Positions 51,872 to 64,000 of a stretch of 64,000 nucleotides of DNA are shown piece by piece (within the stretch, counting starts at the first letter, position 1; every line of letters starts with the position of its first letter). The stretch covers positions 130,448,001 to 130,512,000 of the forward strand of contig NC_042997.1 in NCBI RefSeq assembly GCF_006345805.1, given 5' to 3'. This DNA comes from Octopus sinensis (lineage: Eukaryota). The notes below the pieces were generated by a model that saw only the letters and a list, made by a program, of their open reading frames with translations, made no database searches and was not told the origin of the DNA. A program made the translations under genes and the position numbers.

Positions 51872-52419
51872 AAATAATAATTATGTAGCTAATGGTTTAT
51901 AAATGCAAATTTGAGATAGAATAGAGTTCAGTGTGGAATATAACATCTTAAGATAAACCAATCAAAGTTATGATTATATATTTGTAAGAAAGTTCATAGT
52001 TGCTTCCATTTTTAACAAAATTATTTGGGTAATATGTCATAACAATGTACATAGATTTTTCTTGTTTTACAAAACCAGTGGAATGATATGTAATAGAGTC
52101 TGATATGTTTAGGCATGTAATTGACCATCAGTAAAGAAAAAATCAGATAATGTAAATGCATTTAAACTGGCAGAAATTATTCTTTTGAGGCTAGGCCAAG
52201 TCTAGTCAGCTGCTAAGGGAGATTGAACCAATGTTGAAATCTATTAGGTATAGCACAAAAACTGCTCAGCATTAGTTTCTAATTGACTAAAATTTCTGAT
52301 TGGCTAAAATAATACAGGGTGACAATGAGGAAACCAAAATGCATATGGGTTCTATTTAGTTAGCTAAAAATAACACAATGACTATTTGCCTTTGATTGGC
52401 TAAAGTAATATATGTGAGA

Positions 52420-53385
52420 TCATCATCATCATCATCATCATCGTCATTTAACATCCGCTTTCCATGTTGGCATGGGTTGGACGGTTTGACTGAGGGCTGG
52501 CAAGCCAGGAGGCTGCACCAGGCTCGAATCTAATTTGGCAAGGTTTCTACAACTGGATACTCTTCCTAACACCAACCACTCTAAGAGTGTAGTGAGTACT
52601 TTTATCTGCCACCAGCATGGGAGCCAGTCAAATGGTGCTTTTATGTGCCACCAGCATGGGAGCCAGTCCAGCGGCACTGGCATTGACCATGCTTGAATGG
52701 TGCTTTTTACATGCTACCGACACTGGTGCCAGTTTGGCAGTACTGGCATCAGCCACGACAGTGATTTTACTTGACTCAATAGGTTTTCTCAAGCACAGTA
52801 CAATACCCGATGGCTGAAGGGAACTCTTAAATGGGCCAGTTATGCAACACTGGCATAGGCCATAGCTATGGTCTTGCTTAGCTTGCTGGGTTGTCTCAAG
52901 CACAGCATATCTCAAAAGGTCTCAGTCACTTGTCATTGCCTCAGTGAGGCCCAACGTTCAAAGGTAGTGCTTCACCACCTCATCCCAGGTCTTCCTGGGT
53001 CTACCTCTTCCTCAAGTTCCTTCCACAGTTAGAGATCGGCACTTCTTTACACAGCTGCCCTCATCCATACACAACTCATGACCATATCAGCACAGTCGTC
53101 TTTCTTGCCCACCACACCTGATGCTTCTTATGTCCAACTTCCCTCTCAGCATGCTTATACTCTACCATGTATGGACACTGACATTACACATCCAGTGGAG
53201 CATATTGGCTTCATTTCTTTCAAACCTAGGCATATTCTCAGTAGTGTCACAGCCCATGTTTCACTGCCATGTAGCATGGGTGTTTGCACACATGCATCAT
53301 ACAGTCTACCTTTCACTCTGAACGAGAGGCCTTTGTTACCAGAAGAGGTAGGATCTCTTTGAACTTTGTCTAGGCTATTCTTATT
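52420..53385 (-). mobile_element. RTE LINE 3' fragment
   Basis: Homologous to 2371-3485 and 12322-13255; (CAT)n tail. Confidence 0.8.
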
Positions 53386-53564
53386 CTAGCAACTACACTC
53401 TCAGAGCTTTCACCTCCACTGCTGACTGTCAGATAATTTCTGAAACCATATCACCTCTAACATCTGGTCACTTAACTTCCTAGACTGCAACCTCCTTGAT
53501 TATTGCGTGTGGGGCAAAGTTGAGTGAGAGACCAACAAAACTCCTTGTAACAACAAAAATCTAA

Positions 53565-55250
53565 TACTATGGAGAGCATCCAGCAAATAGCTAACTCCAT
53601 CCACCAGAGTATTAAGGTCACAATAGACTACCCTACTAAACACCCTAACCATAGACTACCAGTACTAGACACAGAACTCTGGCTAGAAACTGTGAATAAT
53701 AAAACCCAAATCCTTCATTCATACTATGCCAAACCTATGACCTCCAAATACTTGATCCACCAGAACTCAGCCATCGCAAACAATGCCAAATTCAATATTT
53801 TGATGGCAGACCCCATCAGAATAATGCGAAATGTGTCCTGCATGTGCGAGCCAACAGAATTAAAGAGACACATACAACATTTCGTTTACCGCATGCAGTT
53901 CTCAGGTTACAGCCATAAAGAAAGGATCAGAGTATACAAAGGAGCCATGAAGAAATTTGATACTATCTTATGTAATGATAGGAATGGGATTTGCCCACTC
54001 TACAGGAGCAAGTCATGGAACACTATGAAAAAGACAAAGAAGAAAATAGGGAAGGCCAACTCTTGGTATAATAGCCACAAATACCAGAGTGTCATGTTCG
54101 TTGACACCACCCCTAGAGGTGAACTGGCAGACCCTAGACAAACTTAAGCTAAGGATTAAGGTTGTTGAAAAGCCAGGCAACCCTATCAAATCCATAATCG
54201 GTAGAACCTACCCTTTTATTAGAACCCCCTGTACGGATAGGTACTGTACTGTGTGTCGATTTAGCCCACAAACAAACTGTAAAGCCAGAAATGTAGTCTA
54301 TAGTATAAGATGTATAGAGGGACGATGCAGTAACAAGACAATGACATATGTAGGGGAAACGGCACGAAGCATAGGAGAACAAATAAATGACATTGGAGAG
54401 AACTTAAGGAAGGAAAGAGCTCATCAATTCTATACCAACACGCCGAGCAGGAACACGAGGGCTCAATCAACAACATAGAAGTTAAAATCTTGTCCACACA
54501 TAGAACAGACGCAACAATCAGATAAATTATGGAAGCTACATATATAATAGAAGATAAACCTAGACTGAATAGGAAAATGGAATGGAACACTAGCACACAC
54601 CACAACATATGACAGAAGAGGATCCCCATAAACTGGTTACAATATAAACAAAACTGAACACATAATAAAATAAAATACACAGATAAATAAACAAATGGAA
54701 GTAAATAGCTATATACATTTAAAAAAAATTTTTTTTTTATTTTATCAAAAAAATTTTTTTTTAAGTAAAAATTTTTTTATTATTATTATTATTATTATTA
54801 CTAGTATTGTTGTTATACATACATATATACAAGCATACGTAATAATAATAATAATGATAATAATAATGATAATAATAATAATAATAGGTGGATGTAAACA
54901 CATGAACAAAATAAGAATAAACAAAAACAAAAACAAAGACAAATTACACGAACATATATAAACAGAAGATACAAATATTACAGGCATTTCCCCTGCCCAC
55001 TAACTAAATGTAGACGCACAGAGATATATACGCATGCGCAAATGAAGACACATACAATAGAAATACAAAATGGCTGACGGTTAGTAACGAGAGACACACA
55101 AATAAGAAAGAAGAAAGTAAAGGACCACTGATGCGGTCACAGGAGTGTGACAAAAGAACTCTGGCCGAAATAAGATTAAGATTAATGTAAAAAATAAATA
55201 ACACTGAAGCAAAATAACACCAAATATATAGTGCGTGTGTTTTTATTGGC
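53565..55250 (+). mobile_element. Decayed Penelope-like element: RT thumb, Cys-rich linker, GIY-YIG endonuclease and 3' region
   Basis: RLPVLDTELW, HSYYAKPM, MFVDTTPRGELA, CTDRYCTVC...CKARNVVYSIRC...YVGETARS. After a frameshift: HWRELKEGKSSSILYQHAEQEH...IMEATYIIEDKPRLNRKMEWN, ending near 54612. Confidence 0.88.
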
Positions 55251-55364
55251 TAAACTGGCAAAATGACCATTCTGAAATACAACAGTATCTGTTTCAACAC
55301 ACGATTTCACATAAAAAAATCTTGCACAACAAATATATAAACGTATATATATAGATATATCTTT

Positions 55365-55785
55365 TATCTTTCATCTTTTACTTTCTTCAGTTATCAAACT
55401 ATGGCCATGCCAGAGCACTGCCTTGAAGAATTTTTTTTTAGTCCAATGAATTGAACCTAATACTTTTTTTTAAAGCTTGGTATTTATTCTATTGATCTCT
55501 TTGCCAAACTGCTAAGTTACGGGGACGTAAACACACCAACACCGGTGGTGGGGAGAAACACGGACACCTGTACATGTGCGCGCACACACACACACACATA
55601 CACACACACACACACATACACACACACACACACAACTTCTTTCAGTTTCCATCTACCAAATCTGCTCACAAGGCTTTGGTTGTCCCAAGGCTATAGCAGA
55701 AGACACTTGCCCAAGGTGCCATGTAGTGGGATTGAACCCAGAACCATGTTGTTAGGACACAAGTTTCTTGCTACATGGTCATACC
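55365..55785 (-). mobile_element. SINE family A
   Basis: Reverse-complement tail, (CA)n and head. Confidence 0.75.
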
Positions 55786-55817
55786 TGCAACTAGATAGCT
55801 AGCTAGATAGATAGATA

Positions 55818-56390
55818 TTGGGTTGTCCGGAATGTTCGTGCCGATTTTGAAAGGAAAGAAAAAAGTCAATAAATACTTGCCATTACATTTTTAATCAACT
55901 AAATATGAACCATTTTCTTGCACAATGCATCTCCATCTTTCCTTTAACTTGAAAATACCCTCTTCCCAGAATTGAGGTGGTTCCATGGCAAAGAATTCAT
56001 CAAGGTATCTTTTTATGTCATCCAAGGAATTGAAATTTTTACCATTAAGACTATTCTACAGAGACCTGAATAAGCGGAAATCAGAAGGAGCAATATCTGG
56101 TGAATATGGAGTGGGGGGGGGGGAGTAACACATCCCAGCCGAGCTGCAGCAATTTTTGTCTGGTTCCCAAAGCATCAAATGCTGAAAATGAACTTTCTTA
56201 TCTTCCATTTTAAAGGGTTACAGAATTAACACAGGTTATAGGAACATAAACCTTCTTCCACGAAAAGATAGCTTAAACTGTGCTCTAAATGGAATTGTAA
56301 TCAAATCCTATTTTATGAACTCAACCATGTTCTAAAATAAGTCGAAAAGTAAGCTACTATAAATCAGCACAAACTTGCTGGACAACCCAA
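55818..56390 (-). mobile_element. Internally deleted mariner with TIRs and TA TSD, inserted in (GATA)n
   Basis: TA|ttgggttgtccggaatgttcgtgccgattt...aaatcagcacaaacttgctggacaacccaa|TA; minus strand SPDIAPSDFRLFRSL*NSLNGKNF...WRCIVQENGSYLVD*. Confidence 0.88.
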
Positions 56391-56548
56391 TAGATAGATA
56401 GATAGATATAACAGACAGACAGTTTTATTTTTAAATTTACATGTATCATTTTACTTTTACAGATTTAATATTTTAGCAAAGAAAGAAAGTAATTGTGCTT
56501 TCACTAATTCATAAGCTTTGTAGTGATGTTGTTATTATACTGAATAAT

Positions 56549-56950
56549 CCTTTCTGCTATAGGCACAAGGCCTGAAATTTGGTGGGTGGGTGAGGCAGTT
56601 GATTAGGTCAACCCCTGTACACAACTGGTACTTAATTCATCAACCCCGAAAGGATGCAAGGCAAGGTTGACTTTGGTGGAATTTGAACTCAGAAAGTAAT
56701 GACAGATGAAATACCTATTTCTTTACTACCCACAATGGGCTAAACACAGAGAGGACAAACAAGGACAGACAAACGGACTAAGTCGATTATATCGACCCCA
56801 GTGCATAACTGGTACTTATTTCATTGACCCCGAAAGGATGAAAGGCAAAGCTGACCTCGGCGGAATTTGAACTCAGAACATAGCGGCAAATGAAATACGG
56901 CTACGCATTTTGCCTGGCGTGCTAACATTTCTGCCGGCTCACTGGCTTAG
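56549..56950 (-). mobile_element. SINE family C dimer
   Basis: Same internal junction as 38770-39188; probable TSD ctgaataat. Confidence 0.75.
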
Positions 56951-57126
56951 TATCCTGAATAATAACACAGTCGCTGGTATAATCAGAATTTCTTTAGCAA
57001 TTTCTCATGAATATTGTAATCACGCCTTCTATAATCTTCTCAGATGTAATATTTATTGTTACAGGATCAGTTCATAGTTTTCCTGTTGCTAAAAGTTTCC
57101 AAGTATTTTCAAGTGTTGTTAGGTGA

Positions 57127-57745
57127 CTACACATGTGTGCGCGCACACACATACACCCACACACACACACACTGACAGACACATGCACACACTGACAAAC
57201 AGATGCACAAGCTCACAGACATATACACAAACATAGACACACACACATGATCAAGCACATGACGCACACACACATATACATACACTGACAAGGCACACGT
57301 ACACACTGACAGGCACACACTCATACATGTACACTGACAGACACAGAGACAAACATAGACACTCATACACACTTGCACAAGCACACACACACATGTGCAC
57401 ACATATGGATGAACACACACATATGCGCACACACACACTGACAGACACACACACACACACTGACAGACACACACACACACACTGATAGACACACGCGTAC
57501 ACTGACAAATACACGTACTCACAGATATATACACAGACAAACGTAGACATACACACATGCTCAAACACATAGTGCACACACACATACACATACACTGACA
57601 AACACACACATACACACTGACAGGCACATACACACACACACACATGCACACTGACAGACATACAGAGACCAACATAGACACTCATACACACTTGCACAAG
57701 CACATACACACACACGCACGCACGCACACACACACACACACAAGA
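57127..57745. repeat. Cryptic CA-rich minisatellite (acacactgacagac-type units)
   Basis: Low complexity; produces the VC-rich false ORFs. Confidence 0.85.
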
Positions 57746-58030
57746 GTTCCTCTACAGTGTTTATTTCTCCTTATGTTGGTCAACCGAAGGTTAGGATGGA
57801 AGAAAGGGCAGTGTAGTGGGTTTGAACCCAGAATCATATTTGTTGTGAAGTAACCTTCTATAGTAATCCCTCACCATATCGTGGTTCACCTATTGCAGTT
57901 CACCTATCATGGTTCACCTATTGCAGTTCACCTATCATTGGTTCACCTAACACGGCTTATTATTTAAGCTTATGTCGATTCATCCATAGTGTTGTTTTGC
58001 ATTTATAATAAAATAAATATATACAAATTA

Positions 58031-58195
58031 GGTGTAGGCGTGGCTGTGCGGTAAGTAGCTTGCTTACCAACCACATGGTTCTGGGTTCAGTCCCACTGTG
58101 TGGCACCTTGGGCAAGTGTCTTCTACTATAGCCTCGGGCTGACCAAAGCCTTGTGAGTGGATTTGGTAGACGGAAACTGAAAGAAGCTAATTGTA

Positions 58196-58289
<94 letters not shown>

Positions 58290-58500
58290 ATATGTTTGTT
58301 TGTCTGTGTTTGTCCTCCCAGCATCATTTGACAACCGATGGTGGTGTGTTTATGTCCCCATAACTTAGCGGTTCGGCAAAAGAGACCGATAGAATAATTA
58401 CTAGGCTTACAAAGAAATAGGTCCTGGGGTTGATTTGCTCAACTAGAGGTGGTGCTCCAGCATGGCCACAGTCAAATGACTGAAGCAAGTAAAAGAGTAA
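58031..58500 (+). mobile_element. SINE family A
   Basis: Head, (TA)n, body and tail. Confidence 0.85.
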
Positions 58501-59118
58501 AATTTTTAAAATAATTAAAAAATATACAGTACAGTGCTGTTTCTACTTTGTAGATTTTCACCTATCGTGGGGGATTACTGTATATCAAACAAGGTTGATT
58601 CCATCTATAACATCTTTTGATATAAGATTATCTTTCAACTTTGTTATATTTTTCATATAACAGCAGTTTTGTTAATTCTGATAATTGTCAGTTTTCATAC
58701 AGCTTTATTTTGTATACTTGCCTTAGTCATTGACTGTGATTATGCTGTAGCACTACCTCTACTAAAGGTTTAGCTGAAGAAATTGGCCCCAAGGCTTACT
58801 TTTTTAAGCCTGGTACTTATTCTATTTGTCGCTTTTGCTGAACTGCTAAGTCACAGGAAATTAAATGAACCAATACCCATTGTCAAGAGGTGGTGGGTGA
58901 CAAACACAAGCACAAACACACATGCACATGTACACACACATATATATAACAAGCTTCCACACAGTTTCCATCTACCAAATTTACTCACAAGGCATTGATC
59001 AGTCTGACCAAGATCTTATGAAATTACTGGTTAGTTACCTATACAAAGAATGTTGAACATTACAGTTAATACTCAACTGCAAGGTAACTATATAAACCGT
59101 GGTTTATATATATTTATT

Positions 59119-59507
59119 ATAAGAAAATAGAGAGATAATTAATAAATTATTAGTTATTAATTAAAAAATTGCTAAGCATCCCTTACAGCTGTTTCAATTC
59201 AAAACCTTCAGAAAATTAATTAATAAAATTAAAATTATTTGAAAGTCAAATCTTGTCAGAGCTAGTTTAAGAAATACAAAATAGGTGTTCAGTTCCTGCA
59301 TGTTGAGTAAACGGCTGCAAATCGTTAACTCAACATGCAAGAATTGAACACCTATTTTATATATCTTACAAGATTCAACTTTCAAATAATTTTAATTTTA
59401 TTAATCAATTTTCTGAAGGTCTTGAATTGAAACAGCTGTAAGGGATGCTTGTCGATTTTTTAAAATTAATAAATAATAATTTATTAATTACCTCTCTATT
59501 TTCTTAT
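59119..59507. repeat. Older imperfect palindrome, about 190-bp arms
   Basis: ataagaaaatagagag...gttgagt vs actcaac...ctctctattttcttat; substitutions and one indel. Confidence 0.8.
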
Positions 59508-60205
59508 CTCATTATATATATATCTCTTATTATAAAAGGCAGATTTTATCTGCCTCCCTTTGGGAGTTATAGAAATCTACAATATAGGATTTCTTCAATT
59601 ACAATTTACCTAGCATTTTTGAGAGTACAATGCATCGCGTCATGCCAGGTCCAGTTTTAAAAATTTAAACTCCAATTAAGCAAAATTTACAGAAAACTCA
59701 CATTCTGGTGTGTGTGTCAAATGCTTTTCTTAGTCTGGTTTACACCACACGCAAACGCACACACACAGTGGGCAACGAATAAAATGAAAGTAAATAGCGA
59801 CAGAGTGATTTGAGGAAGACTAAAGTGAAAGTATTCTGCCTATGACGCTGATAGATACATGAGTAAAATGTTCTTGGAAGCTAAGAGCTAAGAGTGAGTG
59901 AAAATGTTCTTGGAAGAGAGTAATTAGTAATAAAGTAAACATACACTCATACATACATACATACATACATACATACATACATACATACATACACACACAC
60001 ACATACACACACACATACATACACACACACATACATACATACACACATACATACATATACATACATACATACATACATACATATACATACATACATACAC
60101 ACACACACATACACACACACACAGTATTGAAGCTTGAGAACAATCAGATACATTTGCAACACATCTGTTGAAAATATTATTGTTCACACACATACATATA
60201 CATAT

Positions 60206-60261
<56 letters not shown>

Positions 60262-60324
60262 CATGATCCAGCATGGCCACAACCTCAAGGCTGAAACATA
60301 TAAAAGAATAACAGAATATAAATG

Positions 60325-60682
60325 TGTGCAATGTACAAGAAATATTAATGCAGTATATGGGGATTGGACAATAAGCGTAAGGCAGTGTCAATGGTGGTTC
60401 CAGAAATCCCGAGCCATAAACTACAGCCTAGAAGACGAGCCTCATCCTGAAAGATCTGTAGAACTCGACAAGGACATCCTGAAAACCCTGGTGGAACAAA
60501 ATATCATCGTAACTGTTGAGGAACTAGCAGAGAAGCTTGGATTTTGTCATTCAACCATTCATTGACACCTGTGTGCTATCGGAAAAGTCAGCAAATTGGG
60601 TCAATGGGTTCCTCACGAACTTTCCGAGTCTAATTGCATGCAGAGAGTGAATGTATGCTTTTCTTTGCTGTCATATCTCACC
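60325..60682 (+). mobile_element. Mariner transposase N-terminal fragment, same family as 7588-9058
   Basis: LEDEPHPERSVELDKDILKTLVEQN...EELAEKL and GQWVPHEL. Confidence 0.85.
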
Positions 60683-60700
60683 ACTACTGCGCTATGTATA

Positions 60701-61338
60701 TCTATATATATAAAACTGTAGTTGTGTGAGTGTCTGTCCCCTTCGATTTAGATTCCTAACTACTCCCACATTTTGCGGTACAGTTTAACCAAATTCGGGT
60801 AGCTTATAGTCGTGATTCATATCGAGCCCGTCTGAATATTAGCGCGTGTCTACGATGAGTCTACGATTTTAAAAATAATTTAACATCATTTTTTATTCCA
60901 TTTTAATGCATAATTTTTCGTGTGTCGATGGCGGCGGAGTTGGCGTCCACGCTCACACCTGCACCTGTGGGGAAGGGAGTGTAAGGAAATCAACGTCGTA
61001 ATGCGTTGTCAAGGAGACCAGTGTTCTTTTAGAACAACGACTTCATGGCTTGAAGACACCAAAACAGAAATGGCTAAGAAAGCGTCTACATGAGTCTACG
61101 ATTAAAAAAAAAATTTACCATCGTTTTTTTTCCATTTTAATGCATTTTTTCGCTATTATATAAGGGAAGTAACTCTCTAAAAATGTCTACGATGAGTCAA
61201 CGATTTAAAAAAAAAATTTACCATCATATTTTTTCCATTTTTAATGCATTTTTTGCTATTTTTTGGCTATAACTCTCTAAAAATGCTTATATAGTTATTT
61301 CCCTTACAAACCCGAGCAACGCCGGGCGATACTGCTAG
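60701..61338 (+). mobile_element. Non-autonomous Helitron-type element with internal tandem repeats
   Basis: 5' tctatatatataaaactg; 3' acaaacccgagcaacgccgggcgatactgCTAG|T identical to the 43271 end; three internal ...tacgat...aaaaa...ccattttaatgcat units. Confidence 0.8.
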
Positions 61339-63699
61339 TATATATATATATACACACACACATACATATATATATACACACACACATATATATATATATA
61401 CACACATATATATATACACATACATATATATACATATTATCATCATCATCGTTTAATGTCCGTTTTCCGTGCTAGCACGGGTTGGACGGTTCGACCGGGG
61501 TCTGGGAAGCCAGGGGCTGCACCAGGCTCCAGTCTGATCTGGCAGTGTTTCTACAGCTGGATGCCCTTCCTAACGCCAACCACTCCGTGGGCGTAGTGGG
61601 TGCTTTTTACGTGCCAGGGGAGTCTGGCAGCGGCCACGATCAGTTGGTGCTTTTAACGTGCCACCGGCAGATGTATATATAATAAAAATAATCCTTGGAT
61701 GGAATTTATAATCATTTAATGCATCACTACATGCGTTTCCATATATCATGTGTCTCTTAAGATCACAGTCTGTATTCTTGGGATGATTACAGTGTAGTCT
61801 GTAGTATCTGTGGGCATTAGGTTGATCATCTTCATGGATCCATACTGATTCTGTTTAAGAATTGCATTGAAGTTACATACATGTCTGTTGAATATTCAAC
61901 TACTTATGTGTTCAGAGGAAAATAATTCAGTTGATGGAACAAATGAATCCACTTTGTCACATACACACAACTTAGCAAAAGAAAATGGAAGAATAAGTAC
62001 CAGGCTTTAAAAAAATATACTGGGTTTGATCCATTCAACTAAAAATTCTTCAAAGCAGTGCCCTAGCATGGCCACAGTCTAATGATTGAACAAGTGAAAG
62101 TAAAAAGGGAAAAGGAATGTTTATGAGGTTCTTGTCTATTTAGTTTCTCCTTATTCAATCACACTAAGCCAAGTAGGACTTCCTTGACTGCCACACAGAA
62201 TGTTGCTGCTAGTAAACAACAAGGGTCCTGGAAAGAGGGAAAAAAGGTGTGGGATCCCTACCAGAATGGAAACTGTAAAAATAGCAGCAGCTAAGGTTTA
62301 AGAAGCTCGTATCAAGGCCATTGGTAAATTGTAAAGAGCATACCATTTCCTGCCAGACTGTATTTAAAATGTCTCTTAACAAATATCAAAGCTTGTTCCT
62401 TGAAGTATTTGGTTTAAACATTGAGAAACATTCTATATCTCATAGGAACTGTTCACAGTCTCTTCAACAGAAAGGGAGTGGAAATAACTTGCAGAGATTA
62501 GCTTCAGACATATGATTAATTATAAATGATGTTAATAGAGCAACATTATGATAAGGAGTTGTCAGTATTTAGCTTTCATTTTTTGGAAATATACTACGAG
62601 ACATTACACAGATGTTTTGACATTACACAGATGTTTCTGTAATCATAAAAGAAACTTGAATTAAAGGAGAGGTTTGTTTTTAATGGTAGAAAGAGAGAAG
62701 ATATATTTTATATAATCACTAATGGGACTGGTTTCAGTTATTGTAGTGGTGGAGACTCACTTTAGAGGGAAATGAAGTAAGAAGAAATTACAATTGAGCC
62801 TTTTTAATATTCATTTTTGATGCCTCCTCTTCACCCTCCTCCTCCTCCCCCTCCTCCTCATCCGCCTCTTCCGCCTCTTCCCCCTCCCCACACCACCCCT
62901 CCTACAAGTAGATGTAGCAAAAGCATTTGTCATCATTATCATCATTGTCATTCTTATTGTCATCATCATTGCTGTCATCACCATCATCAACATCATTATC
63001 ATCATCGCTGTCATCATCGTTGTTATTATCATCATCATCATTGTCATCCTTCTAATCATAATCCTCATTAAAGTCTGTTTTCCATGTTGGCATGGGTCAG
63101 ACAGTTTTCCAGGATCCTGTGAATTACGGGGCTACGTTGCACTATAATGTCAGCTTTGGCATGAATTTCATGGCTAGATGTCCTTCCTAATGCCAACCAC
63201 TTTACAGTGTGTACTGGGTGCACTTTTCATGCCTTTGGCAATTGTGAGATCACCAGGTAACTTTTCAAGAAAGAAAAGAGAAAATCAAAAAACCCTCCCA
63301 GCAAAGTGGGAGAGAGAGTATTTGAGAGGAGGAGGCTGCTTTATACCCAGAGTCAAGAAGGGAAAGTATACTAGTGGGGCCAAGTGCAGGTGTCTAGTTA
63401 TAGATGACATACATGGTTACCTGGGGCAACAGTACTGCAGTATGACAATATCATATGAAAACAATATCATAGAGCAAGAATATCAGAGAAAGACAGTGTC
63501 ATAAGATAGTGACATTGTAGGGAAATGATATCATAGATAAATAATATCATAGTACAATAAATATCATGGGTTAGTAGTATCACTGAAGTACAATATCACA
63601 GGATATTATAGTATTATAGGGTACCATTATCACATTCCAAATATACCATAAGGCAACAACACATACATGTTGATATATTGATACAACACATATTCTTTT

Positions 63700-63910
63700 C
63701 TACTCTAGGCACAAGGCCCGAAATTTTTAGGGAGGGGGCCAGTTGATTAGATTGACCTCAGTACGCAAATGGTACTTAATTTATTGACCCTGAAAGGATG
63801 AAAGGCAAAGTTGACCCCGGCTGCATTTGAACTTATAACGTAAAGACCGACAAAATACCGCTTGGCATTTCACCCAGCGTGCTAACGATTCTGCCAGCTC
63901 ACCGCCTTTG
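63700..63910 (-). mobile_element. SINE family C (second tail type)
   Basis: ggcacaaggcccgaaattt tail, central domain and ccagctcaccgcct head. Confidence 0.75.
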
Positions 63911-64000
63911 ATACAACATATATTGATATAGTTATACAGCACATCATCATCATCGTCGTCATCATCATCATTGTTGTTGTTATTGTCATTGTCTTCACTG

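Noticed and set aside
54612-54700. SECIS element / selenoprotein PLE
   Set aside because: No in-frame UGA at Cys positions and no convincing SECIS helix could be folded by eye
57127-57743. Cys/Val-rich ORFs resembling metallothionein or keratin-associated proteins
   Set aside because: Products of a (TG)-rich cryptic minisatellite
59520-59930. Another Helitron-like element starting tctcttattataaaaggcag (related hairpin near 5225)
   Set aside because: No 3' hairpin/CTAG end found, so boundaries and class are unsupported
56455-62600. Further SVEP1-like exons after 51267 (AG sites near 56462, 56476, 57063, 58700, 62570)
   Set aside because: Each hits a stop in the required phase-1 frame or lies in repeats

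Overview
This is AT-rich, repeat-saturated eukaryotic (animal) genomic DNA. The SINE/RTE/microsatellite landscape looks like an octopus-type cephalopod; that is recognition and inference, not a database result. The only supportable host gene is a + strand SVEP1/polydom-like gene: 9 coding exons from 32243 to 51267 encoding signal peptide-VWA-EGF-like-Cys-rich (ephrin-receptor-like)-CCP-CCP-CCP-HYR-HYR-CCP. All introns are GT-AG and phase 1, and the gene apparently continues beyond the window. The rest is transposon debris: at least four tRNA-headed SINE families, RTE LINE fragments, a young 5'-truncated CR1-clade LINE, mariner and maT-like DNA transposons, TTAA (piggyBac-type) MITEs, Helitron-type elements, and a decayed Penelope-like element (PLE) with RT thumb and GIY-YIG. 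The most interesting unexplained structure is a set of short elements and fold-back palindromes sitting in (TA)n tracts. Several contain minimal type-I hammerhead ribozyme motifs: a near-perfect inverted pair at 31391-31505, an extended one at 44201-44288, and core-variant ones at 27558 and 28288. Most ORFs in the supplied track are microsatellite or repeat artefacts. All coordinates were read by hand; repeat boundaries are approximate unless a TSD or TIR is quoted.
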